Below are positions 41,004 through 50,241 of a stretch of DNA of 64,000 nt, piece by piece. The stretch comes from a virus. Its lineage: Duplodnaviria; Heunggongvirae; Uroviricota; Caudoviricetes. Where the stretch lies: IMG/VR virus record IMGVR_UViG_3300042691_029887, positions 10,845 through 74,844 of that record. One strand, given 5' to 3'. Under the pieces are notes generated by a model. The model was not told the DNA's origin. It did no database searches and saw only the letters and a list, made by a program, of their open reading frames with translations. Positions within the stretch are counted from its first letter, which is position 1; each line of letters begins with the position of its first letter. The translations under genes were made by a program, and so were the position numbers.

Positions 41004-41474
41004 TTAATAACCTTTATAAACTTGCCATTTTTCGTCTTGACCATAACACATAATGTAGTTTGATCTATCTATGCTGGAAGATCGATACTTTGCTACAACA
41101 ATATCTCTGCACCATCCTGCGTTCGAAAGAGGTCTTGACCAAGAAACAACAGCAAATCCTTTAGTGTTGTTTTTAATGTCGTACCACTCTACTTTAAACC
41201 CGTCTGGAGCATAAGTCAATGCCGTGTCAATGGCTTGTCTTTCATTCCAATTACAGCTCACGGAAGTTCCAGCACCCCAACGATGTTTCCATTGGTAAAG
41301 TTCACAATCATCAAAAACTGTTCTGGAAGCATCCTTACAGTAAGTTTTCGATTCCTTGATTATTTTTTCGGTGCCATCAGCTTCAAGTATCCTGGTAGTA
41401 AAACTATCATTGTTACAATTCGCTAATGCTTGCACAGGCAAAAGTAAAATAACAGCCAATAGAAAAGTTTTCAT
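41004..41474 (-). CDS. secreted hypothetical protein
   Basis: 156 aa; signal peptide; 6 Cys. Confidence 0.45.
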   Translation of the reverse strand: MKTFLLAVILLLPVQALANCNNDSFTTRILEADGTEKIIKESKTYCKDASRTVFDDCELYQWKHRWGAGTSVSCNWNERQAIDTALTYAPDGFKVEWYDIKNNTKGFAVVSWSRPLSNAGWCRDIVVAKYRSSSIDRSNYIMCYGQDEKWQVYKGY

Positions 41475-41637
41475 TTAAATAGACGGTGATTTGTTTTCCA
41501 GATATTCTTTGACAAATTTAATTGCTTTCCCTGCAGTTGTAAAGACGAAGTCCTTATCTTCATCTTCCATCTTCAAAGTAACAATTACTCCATTTTCAAC
41601 TTTCCGAATTTCGATTGATTCAAACATGCAGTTCTCC

Positions 41638-42225
41638 TTATTGCACTCGTGGTCGAGAAATTTGTTGATCTAGTTCTTTGAACGCATCTCGACTGCGCTC
41701 AACAGAACCTCGTTGTAAATCTTCGTTTAATTTATTTTTTCGAAGAGTATTTGCCTCGCCCATGGGCAGAGACATCAAAACATACGTGCGATATCGACCG
41801 CCTTCTTCTACACGTTTGATATCAAAAACTTCTGCACCTGTTACATCAACTCGGCGGCAGAGGCTTCGAATAGCCAGTTCTGAATTTTCTACTCCTGAAG
41901 TAGTAGTATCTGCTTGATACACTTTAGAAGATTTGTCAATTTCTCCGCCTGCACTCATACACAGATTTCCCAAGGCAATTGTTTTTGCCTTTTCATCTGC
42001 CATATTGAAAGAAATGCTTACGGCTGTGCCGTTGGCGTAAACTGCATTGGTAGATTTTGGAAGTTCAGTCATCCATTTAGGAGCCTTATCCAAAGAGCGT
42101 TCAACAAGTTTAGAACGTTGTTCTTGCTCTTTTTCTGAACGTTGGTCGTATATATCTTTCGATCCAAACGTACCGCAGGCACTGAGACTGACTACCAAAG
42201 GTAGAACTACTAGGGTCTTTTTCAT
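41638..42225 (-). CDS. lipoprotein, hypothetical
   Basis: 195 aa; lipobox SLSACG. Confidence 0.5.
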   Translation of the reverse strand: MKKTLVVLPLVVSLSACGTFGSKDIYDQRSEKEQEQRSKLVERSLDKAPKWMTELPKSTNAVYANGTAVSISFNMADEKAKTIALGNLCMSAGGEIDKSSKVYQADTTTSGVENSELAIRSLCRRVDVTGAEVFDIKRVEEGGRYRTYVLMSLPMGEANTLRKNKLNEDLQRGSVERSRDAFKELDQQISRPRVQ

Positions 42226-42242
42226 TTTAAACCTTTCTTTGC

Positions 42243-42365
42243 TTAACGAGTTTTAATCCAATCACCGGCTTTCTGAAGATCAGTGCCAGCACCTGAAACT
42301 GCACCTCCCAAAGTACCGCAGGCACTAAGGGAAAGTGCAACTAATACAACAAAAACTTGCTTCAT
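42243..42365 (-). CDS. entericidin (EcnA/EcnB)-like small lipoprotein (40 aa; below the ORF-track cutoff)
   Basis: MKQVFVVLVALSLSACGTLGGAVSGAGTDLQKAGDWIKTR; lipobox + Gly/Ala-rich amphipathic segment as in entericidins; RBS AAGGA. Confidence 0.5.
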   Translation of the reverse strand: MKQVFVVLVALSLSACGTLGGAVSGAGTDLQKAGDWIKTR

Positions 42366-42450
42366 AATAATTCCTTATGTGAATGTGTGTGTAAGTATAA
42401 TAGCAAAGAGTTTAGGTTTTGTCAATGGTTAAGAGCCTATTTTGGTAAAA

Positions 42451-42795
42451 TTACTTGAAAAATACTAGCATCATCAAAACAGCTTGGAAAATAAAACCAA
42501 TTCCAATTGTGAAAATATTGAGCATATCTTTCAAAATGGCAGCTCTAATAAACAGCAATGTAAGTCCTGTCCAAATTAATAGTACCAAATCCACTGGTGG
42601 TGGAGTATCTGTAAGTCCAGTCATCATAGCTAGAAGACTAGGAATGGTAGCGCCGTGTAAACACAATATTGCTACCCAGCCTATAGTTTCTGATGAAAAT
42701 TTTGAAATATGAGTTCCGAAAAATCTTCTCACATTATCTGTCATAGTGTAAAAAGAAAATTTATTGTATTCCGGCAAGTTTTGCATGATCTCCAC
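42451..42795 (-). CDS. hypothetical membrane protein
   Basis: 114 aa, three TM helices (holin-like size and position next to the hydrolase; speculative). Confidence 0.4.
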   Translation of the reverse strand: MEIMQNLPEYNKFSFYTMTDNVRRFFGTHISKFSSETIGWVAILCLHGATIPSLLAMMTGLTDTPPPVDLVLLIWTGLTLLFIRAAILKDMLNIFTIGIGFIFQAVLMMLVFFK

Positions 42796-43339
42796 CTTTC
42801 TGTTTATAAAAAATATGATTTCCTATCTGTGTGATTTTTTCCAATTTCCATCGGGGTTGCACATAGTTTGCATGATAGTACAGTGCATCTTTTAAACTGT
42901 CAAGTCTAAATTTTTCTAAGTAGACTTTTTTGGCTACTTCATACGATTCTTGATATACCACGGGATTAATTGGTCGATTCATGTGGACTGAATCACAGTA
43001 CCAGCTGAATTGGCACACCACTCTCTGCATCACCACTGATTTTTGATAAACTACTCCACAGATAGTATTTGGGAAATCTGGGTGAGAAGCTCTATTCATC
43101 GTCACTTGTGCTACAGCTATTCTACCTTCCAGAGGCTCATAACCTGCTTCGCGATAGATATTAATGGCCATACAATCAAGTTCTTTCTTCATTGTGGTTA
43201 CGCTGACGGTGTTTTTATTCATCATCAACGATGCCATTTGTAAATGTTCGAATTTATAAATTGTGACTACTTTTAACAGTAGTGCTACACAAAAGAATCC
43301 GAGTAGGTAGTACAACACTCTTCGGTTAGAAAACTCCAT
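42761..43339 (-). CDS. cell-wall hydrolase, SleB family (Hydrolase_2 domain)
   Basis: 192 aa; N-terminal signal-anchor; AINIYREAGYE...AVAQVTMNR...FPNTICGVVYQ...CQFSW...ALYYHANYVQPRW matches SleB-domain conserved blocks. Confidence 0.65.
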   Translation of the reverse strand: MEFSNRRVLYYLLGFFCVALLLKVVTIYKFEHLQMASLMMNKNTVSVTTMKKELDCMAINIYREAGYEPLEGRIAVAQVTMNRASHPDFPNTICGVVYQKSVVMQRVVCQFSWYCDSVHMNRPINPVVYQESYEVAKKVYLEKFRLDSLKDALYYHANYVQPRWKLEKITQIGNHIFYKQKGGDHAKLAGIQ

Positions 43340-43374
43340 GTTTTTCTCCTTTTTAAGTTTTTAGATTACCGCTG

Positions 43375-44301
43375 TCATTTTTTATACACGGATATTACGG
43401 TATGACCGTGTGGTTTAAAAGCGTCCGGAAGAGTTCTTCCAAAGACCTTAGATAAAGCATTGGCAATAAAATGTGGGATCCAATGCCGTTTGCGTTTAAG
43501 CAAACTGTGTTTAATTTTTAGTAAACTATTTAACTGAAAAACAAATAGACTATTAAAATACCACGAAATATGGAAGAAATCGAGCGGTTCGTGGTGAATA
43601 TCTACGTGTTTAACTCCAAATAGCTTAGAAATGTTTATTAAACATTTGTCAGTCCATTTAGTAACATGATGCGGAGGCATATTAAGACAAAAGTCTTGTT
43701 TATACTGTATCCAACTATCTTCGGACGGAGTAGTAATTATCAGTGTACCGCCTGGCTTTAAAACTTTTATACAACTTTCAATAAAGCTCTTTGGATCACT
43801 AGTGTGTTCCAAAACTTGGAAACTGCATACTACATCATATTGATTTTCATTTTCTTTGGCATGATCTTCGATACTTTGTTGTTTAATATTCCTGCCGTAC
43901 CATCGACCTAACCGAACAGCATTTTCACTAAATTCCAGACCAACATAATTAGAAGATCTTATTCGGTTAGAAAATGTTCCAGTACCACAACCAATTTCTA
44001 AAACACTGTCATTAGTTTTGATTAACTTACTGCTAACATACTCATACTCATACTTGTCCGATTTATAATACCATTCAAACTTTTGTAAACTCGTATAAAA
44101 AGATTGTCCACCTGTTTGGCATGGGTCGAAAAATTTTATATCGCAGACATGACAATGTATAAGATGCATGTCTTCTTTGATATCATCTAAAACATCAATA
44201 CCGTATTCTTTTACATATGCCTTATTCAAAAGATTTTTTGGTATATGATCGATTTTAGAAATATGTTGACTACCGCATAAAATGCATGAATTTTTATTCA
44301 A
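43375..44301 (-). CDS. class I SAM-dependent methyltransferase with N-terminal zinc-ribbon
   Basis: 308 aa; motif I VLEIGCGTGTFS; post-I acidic residue; CxxC...CxxC N-terminus. Confidence 0.62.
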   Translation of the reverse strand: MNKNSCILCGSQHISKIDHIPKNLLNKAYVKEYGIDVLDDIKEDMHLIHCHVCDIKFFDPCQTGGQSFYTSLQKFEWYYKSDKYEYEYVSSKLIKTNDSVLEIGCGTGTFSNRIRSSNYVGLEFSENAVRLGRWYGRNIKQQSIEDHAKENENQYDVVCSFQVLEHTSDPKSFIESCIKVLKPGGTLIITTPSEDSWIQYKQDFCLNMPPHHVTKWTDKCLINISKLFGVKHVDIHHEPLDFFHISWYFNSLFVFQLNSLLKIKHSLLKRKRHWIPHFIANALSKVFGRTLPDAFKPHGHTVISVYKK

Positions 44302-44302
44302 A

Positions 44303-44695
44303 TTAACCTCGTCTCATTCTACTAATTTCAATTGCTTCATCATCACTAAACACTGGAACTGCATTACTTTTATGCATGGTAGCAATTCCTTTGACTTTAG
44401 TTCCTGTATAAACTTTGGCAGGAGCCAAAGTAGCGTTGCCTAAACCACTGTCCAAACTTTTAATGTGGGCAGTAGTGTTACGGCCTTCTGGTATCCTTAG
44501 ATTATACTTAGTAGATACCAATGTGTCAAGTTTAGTTTTTTTAGTAGATTTTGGAACTTCATATTTTTTGAGCAAGTCTTGCCAACTTTCCTGTAACTCA
44601 CGAGACTTGCGAGCTTGTTCTGCGTTACGAAATTTGCGTTTAGTTTTTTGTTTGCCTGTAGTGCTAAGCCACGGGCCTTCCAAATGCATACTCAT
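44303..44695 (-). CDS. hypothetical basic protein
   Basis: 130 aa. Confidence 0.4.
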   Translation of the reverse strand: MSMHLEGPWLSTTGKQKTKRKFRNAEQARKSRELQESWQDLLKKYEVPKSTKKTKLDTLVSTKYNLRIPEGRNTTAHIKSLDSGLGNATLAPAKVYTGTKVKGIATMHKSNAVPVFSDDEAIEISRMRRG

Positions 44696-44823
44696 ATTAG
44701 TCCTCAGTCAAAATATCTCTAAGATGGCACGTAGTACAAGGGCCGACCCATCTTGAAGCATAAATGATAGGTCGCCCTGCCGTATGGTTTTCACACGGCT
44801 CTTGTGTACGCTGTAAGTCACTG

Positions 44824-45168
44824 TTAAACAGTAACAGCAGTCTTAGCAGTAGTGACTTTCTTTTCTTGCTCGTACAAGAATTCAGCTTGAGAAGTAATGT
44901 CTTTCATCAAACTACGTGGGATGCCTGTACCACGGTGGAATTCACCGTTAATGTCTACTTTGATAGAACCAGCAACTGCCCAAATTTGACGGCCGCTGAC
45001 ATCCGTGCCTGCCAATTTACGAATGACCCCATTAATTGTGCCGTTAGCTGTAGGACGACCAATTTCAAATTGATAAGTGTTAGACTTACCAATCCAAGTG
45101 TTAGTTGTACCAGTGCTCTTTACACAGTGTTCTTTAAAAAGTTCGATAGCGTGTTCTGCCTTATTCAT
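44824..45168 (-). CDS. hypothetical protein
   Basis: Start placed at MNKAEH with RBS AAGGAGAA; 114 aa. Confidence 0.45.
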   Translation of the reverse strand: MNKAEHAIELFKEHCVKSTGTTNTWIGKSNTYQFEIGRPTANGTINGVIRKLAGTDVSGRQIWAVAGSIKVDINGEFHRGTGIPRSLMKDITSQAEFLYEQEKKVTTAKTAVTV

Positions 45169-45272
45169 GCCTATTCTCCTTAGTTTGTTTGAGTTGGAAA
45201 TTACCAACATGTTCAAAGTTTATGGTATTATCATGATAAAGTCAACCTTTTTGGTAAAATCAATATTTCAAG

Positions 45273-45301
45273 TTGACAAAAGGCAATTGCCTAAGTATAA
45301 T
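45273..45301 (+). promoter_or_regulatory. consensus sigma70-type promoter TTGACA-N17-TATAAT driving the plus-strand radical-SAM operon
   Basis: TTGACA at 45273-45278, 17-nt spacer, TATAAT at 45296-45301; lies in the divergent intergenic region. Confidence 0.75.
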
Positions 45302-45326
45302 AACTATTATTTTACTAGGAGACATC

Positions 45327-45641
45327 GTGTCCGAATTTTTGGAAGGAATAATTTTTGGAATTTTCTTTTGGATAGTTGGAGTTAATTTACTTAGGTATTG
45401 GATTCTATCTAAGATAGAAAATGATCCAGAAATTCAAAAAATGGTAAATCAAAAAATTAAAGAACTTGAATTAGTGGAACTTGTTGTAGAGAAACATCAA
45501 GATACATTATACTGTTATAAAAAAGAAAATGATGAGTTTGTTGCTCAAGGCAAAACCTTAGAAGACATTTTGGAAATCTGCAGGAAAAAATTTCCAAAAG
45601 ATTCTTTTAGAATTATCAAAGAAGAAAAAATTGAAACTTGA
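45327..45641 (+). CDS. small membrane protein (first gene of the operon; GTG start)
   Basis: RBS AGGAG 5 nt before GTG at 45327; the ORF-track start at 45273 coincides with the -35 box and is therefore too early. Confidence 0.5.
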   Translation: MSEFLEGIIFGIFFWIVGVNLLRYWILSKIENDPEIQKMVNQKIKELELVELVVEKHQDTLYCYKKENDEFVAQGKTLEDILEICRKKFPKDSFRIIKEEKIET

Positions 45642-45653
45642 TAAAGGGAGATT

Positions 45654-46541
45654 ATGAGAAGTTTAGTTATTGGTATGGGTATAGGACAATTATACAAATC
45701 TGTACTTGAGGGCATGGGGCATGAAGTTTTGACTTTAGATACTGATCCAACAAAGTCTACAGACTTTAAGGATATTAGAGATGCCAGTCTTCGTTTAAAT
45801 CATTTTAATACCGTACATATATGTACTCCGAATTTCACACATAAAGAGATCGCAGAAGCTATAGCTCCTTCATCAAATATAATTTTTGTTGAAAAGCCTG
45901 GTTTTAGAAACAGCATCGAATGGCAAGATTTTGTAAAATACAGACCATTAACTCATATAATGATGGTAAAAAATAATCAGTGGAGATCTAATATCTCTGA
46001 TATGATAAGACTAAAAGAGCAAGCCTTGGTCATAGAAATACGCTGGCACAATAAAGACCGTGTTCCTAATCCTGGAACTTGGTTTACTACCAAGGAGTTA
46101 GCTTTTGGCGGTGTTAGTAGAGACCTTATGCCACATCTTTTGAGCTTGTTTATGGTCATGGAGCCAAACTATCAACAGGCTGTAAAAATGAGATATTTTT
46201 CCGAACAAAACTGGATATTAGATGATGTAAAAAATACTGATTATGGCATAGTTAATCCCAACGGCACGTATGATGTTGATGATCATTGTAGAATAGAGTA
46301 TGCTATAGATGATAAGATTTGGATACTGGATGCTAATTGGCGAACTCTAAAAGAAGATGATAGGGCTATCATTTTTACTATGAAAGATGGAACTACCAAA
46401 AGAATTGAATTAGGCCTGTGCCCAGAGGAAGCATATAAAAATATGATTAACGATACATTGTTAAGTATGCGAGAAAATATTTTTTGGAAAAAACAACACA
46501 CACAAGATTTGTGGATACATGAGACTATCGAAAAACTATGA
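45654..46541 (+). CDS. NAD(P)-binding oxidoreductase (Gfo/Idh/MocA-like)
   Basis: 295 aa; N-terminal Rossmann G-x-G-x-x-G (VIGMGIGQ) and EKP motif (FVEKPG). Confidence 0.55.
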   Translation: MRSLVIGMGIGQLYKSVLEGMGHEVLTLDTDPTKSTDFKDIRDASLRLNHFNTVHICTPNFTHKEIAEAIAPSSNIIFVEKPGFRNSIEWQDFVKYRPLTHIMMVKNNQWRSNISDMIRLKEQALVIEIRWHNKDRVPNPGTWFTTKELAFGGVSRDLMPHLLSLFMVMEPNYQQAVKMRYFSEQNWILDDVKNTDYGIVNPNGTYDVDDHCRIEYAIDDKIWILDANWRTLKEDDRAIIFTMKDGTTKRIELGLCPEEAYKNMINDTLLSMRENIFWKKQHTQDLWIHETIEKL

Positions 46542-47443
46542 AAGTTAAACTACTTAGAACTTACGGCAATGGTAAATTTGTAGAAGAAGATTGGGTTAAA
46601 CCAGAGCCTAGTGATAACGAAATTGAAGTCAAAGCTCTGATGACTGGTATATGTCGCAGTGACATAGATATGATGACCGGTAAATTTCCTACTTTGCCAG
46701 CACATATGAATGGTCACGAAGGATTAGGAATGGTAACCAAAGTAGGAAAGAATGTTTTAAATACTTGCTTTGGTGATATTGTGGCCACAAGAGGCGAGCC
46801 TGCTTATGCTGATTATTACAATGTTCGAGATAAAGAATTTGTAGTAGTTCCTACAATTGATCCTAAATACATTCTAGAGCCTGTGGCTTGCGGTGTAAAT
46901 CTTGTTAAACAGAATATTGATTTAATTAAGAGCAAAAGTCACGGTCGCTGCCTAATTATTGGCAGCGGGTTTCTGGCCTGGGTAGCTTACCATACTATTA
47001 AATTAGAATATATTAAATTCGAAACATTAGAAGTATGGGGTAATAGTAATAAAGAACTTTGGAATAAAGAAGGTGTATTAGTCAGTGAACCTACTCATGA
47101 TCAATATGATGTGATTATTGACATACGTGAACACGACTTAGTTCTGAAAAGAAATTTACTAGCACCTCTAGGACTTTGGGTCATTGCTGCCGAAAAAGAA
47201 CCAGTAGTAACTACATTTGGTCAACTACTTTGGAATGCTAATACTATTGTTATGCCTAGTCCAAGACACCCAAAATTTTATGATTCCATGTGTGATGCAA
47301 AGATATGGGTGTCAACAGGAAGTTTAAAAGTTGATAACTTTTGGACTAAATCATATGATAGGAATACTGAATGGGAAAAGGCTTTTGAAGATGGATTGAA
47401 TAGGCCTGATGGTTATAGTCGAGGATTTATTGTTTGGAAATGA
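46538..47443 (+). CDS. zinc-type medium-chain alcohol/threonine dehydrogenase family protein
   Basis: 301 aa; catalytic Zn motif GICRSD...H-E-G-x-G, Rossmann IIGSGFLA. Confidence 0.6.
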   Translation: MKVKLLRTYGNGKFVEEDWVKPEPSDNEIEVKALMTGICRSDIDMMTGKFPTLPAHMNGHEGLGMVTKVGKNVLNTCFGDIVATRGEPAYADYYNVRDKEFVVVPTIDPKYILEPVACGVNLVKQNIDLIKSKSHGRCLIIGSGFLAWVAYHTIKLEYIKFETLEVWGNSNKELWNKEGVLVSEPTHDQYDVIIDIREHDLVLKRNLLAPLGLWVIAAEKEPVVTTFGQLLWNANTIVMPSPRHPKFYDSMCDAKIWVSTGSLKVDNFWTKSYDRNTEWEKAFEDGLNRPDGYSRGFIVWK

Positions 47444-47901
47444 ATCGAATACTTTATAAAATAGTCAAAGATGAAATTGTTTCTTTCGACAGATATATCT
47501 CAGGGCAATTACTAGCTCTGGATAGAAGTGTCCTATCTGGCTTTATATCTTGGAACGCTAAAGAGAAATTTTCCTACACAGACTGGGTACAAAAAATAAA
47601 TTCTTTTACTGTAGTAAAAGTAGAAGGATTGGAAGATAATAAAAACATTTGTAAATATTTTAGAAAATTTAAAATCAAAGATATACATTTGTTTAATAGC
47701 ATCAAAACTGACTATAGTTTTGGATGGCATCACGATACTGTAAACGTTTACTTGTATGTCCTAAAAGGAAAGAAACGTGTTAGTATAAAAAATAAAACAG
47801 TTGTGTTAAATGCCGGACAAGGAATCCTTATTCCAAAAGGGAATAAACATCGTGTGTTTAACTACAAAAATACATGGGCTTTGAGTATTGGGTTAAAATG
47901 A
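47434..47901 (+). CDS. cupin / JmjC-like Fe(II) oxygenase-fold protein
   Basis: 155 aa; HxD...H arrangement (GWHHDTVNVYLYVLKG ... NKHRV). Confidence 0.45.
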   Translation: MEMNRILYKIVKDEIVSFDRYISGQLLALDRSVLSGFISWNAKEKFSYTDWVQKINSFTVVKVEGLEDNKNICKYFRKFKIKDIHLFNSIKTDYSFGWHHDTVNVYLYVLKGKKRVSIKNKTVVLNAGQGILIPKGNKHRVFNYKNTWALSIGLK

Positions 47902-48950
47902 AAGAATTAATGATTTATCTCAAAACTACAGAAACTTGTAATTTGAACTGCAAGCATTGTTTTACCAATGGAACCAATGGAGCAAAGATATATTGGGATC
48001 ACATTAAAGTAACAAAATGGTTACAGGAATTTAGCAAAATCACTAATAATTCATCACATGTACATTTAGAATTTCATGGCGGTGAACCCTTCCTAGCAGA
48101 TATAAAATCTTTGCAATATGTATATGATAATTGTTTTGATCTTTGGGCAAGTCAGAGCTGGGGGATCACTACAAATTTAGTTTTCAAACTAGATCAAGAA
48201 AAAATAGATTTTATACAAGGGCCTTTAGGAAATAGAATTGGCACTAGTTGGGATCCTGATATTAGATTTTCTAATCCAAAGCAGTATGATCTTTGGAGGA
48301 AAAATATTGATACATTAATTTCTTTAGGGGTTGATATCAAATTGTTTATTAGTGTTACCAAAGGCACAGTTAACATGGAACCTATCGACTTACTAGAATG
48401 GGTCAGAGATTTAGGAATTAAAGAGTTAGCTCTGGAAAGACTTACTATGAATGGCTCTGCTCTAGAGAATCTAGATATCTTTCCGACTAATTTAGAACAA
48501 GATCAGTGGTTCTTAAAAATGCATCATCAAATTTTAGAAAATGATGCAAGAGATTGGTTTTCTAATGAATTTATGGAGACAATTTATTCCAAGTTTGAGC
48601 AAGGAATAACTTCAGAAGGCACGTTCTGTAGAGATTGCGAAGAAAAATTATTCACTATCAATGCGGATGGATCTATTGCTGGTTGTCCTAATAGTGCTCC
48701 TGAGGATAAGTACGCACATATTGATGACAATATTCAAGATATTTTTATCAATGAAAAGCGACTTCACATTATGGCCTGTGAAAAATCAAGGGATCCCAGG
48801 TGCTACGAATGTCCAGTTTTTGAATACTGTGGTGGAGATTGTCACCAACTAGAATGGCAAGATAATATCTGTGGAGCCCCCAAAAGTCTAATGACATTGC
48901 TCAGCGGAAAAAATAAATATATCAAAGTGATTAATTTAAAGGAAATTTAA
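47898..48950 (+). CDS. radical SAM enzyme with C-terminal SPASM/twitch-like Cys cluster (rSAM-1)
   Basis: CNLNCKHC (Cx3Cx2C) near the N-terminus; C-terminal CRDCEEK...CPNS...CEKSRDPRCYECPVFEYCGGDC. Confidence 0.75.
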   Translation: MKELMIYLKTTETCNLNCKHCFTNGTNGAKIYWDHIKVTKWLQEFSKITNNSSHVHLEFHGGEPFLADIKSLQYVYDNCFDLWASQSWGITTNLVFKLDQEKIDFIQGPLGNRIGTSWDPDIRFSNPKQYDLWRKNIDTLISLGVDIKLFISVTKGTVNMEPIDLLEWVRDLGIKELALERLTMNGSALENLDIFPTNLEQDQWFLKMHHQILENDARDWFSNEFMETIYSKFEQGITSEGTFCRDCEEKLFTINADGSIAGCPNSAPEDKYAHIDDNIQDIFINEKRLHIMACEKSRDPRCYECPVFEYCGGDCHQLEWQDNICGAPKSLMTLLSGKNKYIKVINLKEI

Positions 48951-48951
48951 T

Positions 48952-49551
48952 ATGGTAAGAGCAACTAGCTTAACGGATCCGATTAGTGGGTCAAATATAA
49001 CCTACAGATTCAACTCAATCGTCATTAGTTCAGTAAACGCTGGTATTACCTTTGGTACTAACAATAAACCATTCAGCGAAGCTCCTAACAGTTTTTTTGG
49101 CGGGACTACGTCAGGGTACAATGATTTGACATCAGTACTCCCAGTAGGCAATGAAATAAATGCCACAGAGCTGATAGATACTATGGTAATACTGACGCAA
49201 GCATTTACCAATGTTAGAAATGCACAGTTTAAATTGAATCTCACTTCCAGCGGTTCCGCTCCTTATAATGTATCCCAAGGACCTAGAACTGGAAGTCCAG
49301 GGATCATTGAAAATGTCACTGGTAAATCTATTTTAAGTGGCGGTTATATACAAAGTGGAGTTATTTCTATTGACTCTGGCGGCGTTTCTGAAGGGCTACT
49401 AATAACAAAAACATCTATTAACAGTGATTTGTTAGCAGCTTGTAAAGACGAGTATATTTCTGCTGCCGGGAACACGGCTATAATGCCTACAGTGAATGTC
49501 TGCCATGCCAGCTGTCATAGTAGTTGTCATAATTCAAGAAGTAGACGATGA
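48952..49551 (+). CDS. Gly/Ser/Thr/Asn-rich protein with C-terminal Cys/His repeat CHASCHSSCHNSRSRR (candidate modification substrate)
   Basis: 199 aa; starts 2 nt after the rSAM-1 stop; low-complexity beta-rich body; tail VNVCHASCHSSCHNSRSRR. Confidence 0.6.
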   Translation: MVRATSLTDPISGSNITYRFNSIVISSVNAGITFGTNNKPFSEAPNSFFGGTTSGYNDLTSVLPVGNEINATELIDTMVILTQAFTNVRNAQFKLNLTSSGSAPYNVSQGPRTGSPGIIENVTGKSILSGGYIQSGVISIDSGGVSEGLLITKTSINSDLLAACKDEYISAAGNTAIMPTVNVCHASCHSSCHNSRSRR

Positions 49552-50237
49552 TAAAGAAATTATTGAACACAGAAAAAATAATTAGTGAAACAATAGAAAA
49601 TACTCCTTGGCAATACAAAATAATCGATAATATCTTAGAAGAAAGTTTCTTCTTAAAATTAAAGAATTCAGTAGAAAAATTATCTCAAATTCAAAAAGAT
49701 GAAGATTTTTATTCTGATGGAATATGGCCCAATGAGTTTGAATCTTTCAATATTAATAAAGAACTATATGATTCAGTAGTACAATGTCAAAGTGAATTTT
49801 TATCTATCAAAAATGAGTTGTTCTCACAATTTGATTTCTATTTGCGATCAGAATTAGGATATTTTGGGATACCTAAAATTAATTATTCTATGAACAATTT
49901 AGATAGTGCTATCCATGACGAGGGTAAGACAAAATCTCTGGCATTGATCATTTATCTAAGTCCAGAAAAAACATTGGGAACAAGATTGTATGAACAGCAA
50001 TCTTCCGATTCATTAATAAAAGAAGTTGACTGGAAACCTAATAGAGGATTCCTAATGTGTAGTCAACCAGGAGTAACCTGGCATAGTTATAAAAACAATG
50101 GGTCTCCTAGATATACTCTTAATTTATACTGCGAAAAAATGGAAGGTTTAGAAAGTGTACGATCCAATTCTACTGTAGACAGATATGCTTGGTTCTTAAA
50201 TAACATGAACGATTTATCACTAGTCACATACGGTTAA
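49548..50237 (+). CDS. 2OG-Fe(II) oxygenase-like protein, paralog 1 of 3
   Basis: 229 aa; IHDEGKTKSLALIIYLSPEKTLGTRLY...WKPNRGFLMCSQPGVTWHSY shared with 53525..54217 and 54204..54965. Confidence 0.45.
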   Translation: MIKKLLNTEKIISETIENTPWQYKIIDNILEESFFLKLKNSVEKLSQIQKDEDFYSDGIWPNEFESFNINKELYDSVVQCQSEFLSIKNELFSQFDFYLRSELGYFGIPKINYSMNNLDSAIHDEGKTKSLALIIYLSPEKTLGTRLYEQQSSDSLIKEVDWKPNRGFLMCSQPGVTWHSYKNNGSPRYTLNLYCEKMEGLESVRSNSTVDRYAWFLNNMNDLSLVTYG

Positions 50238-50241
50238 AATT

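Noticed and set aside
45273-45326. ORF-track start of the first operon gene at 45273
   Set aside because: Position 45273 is the TTGACA -35 hexamer itself (a TTG non-ATG start artefact); the real start is the GTG at 45327 with an AGGAG RBS.
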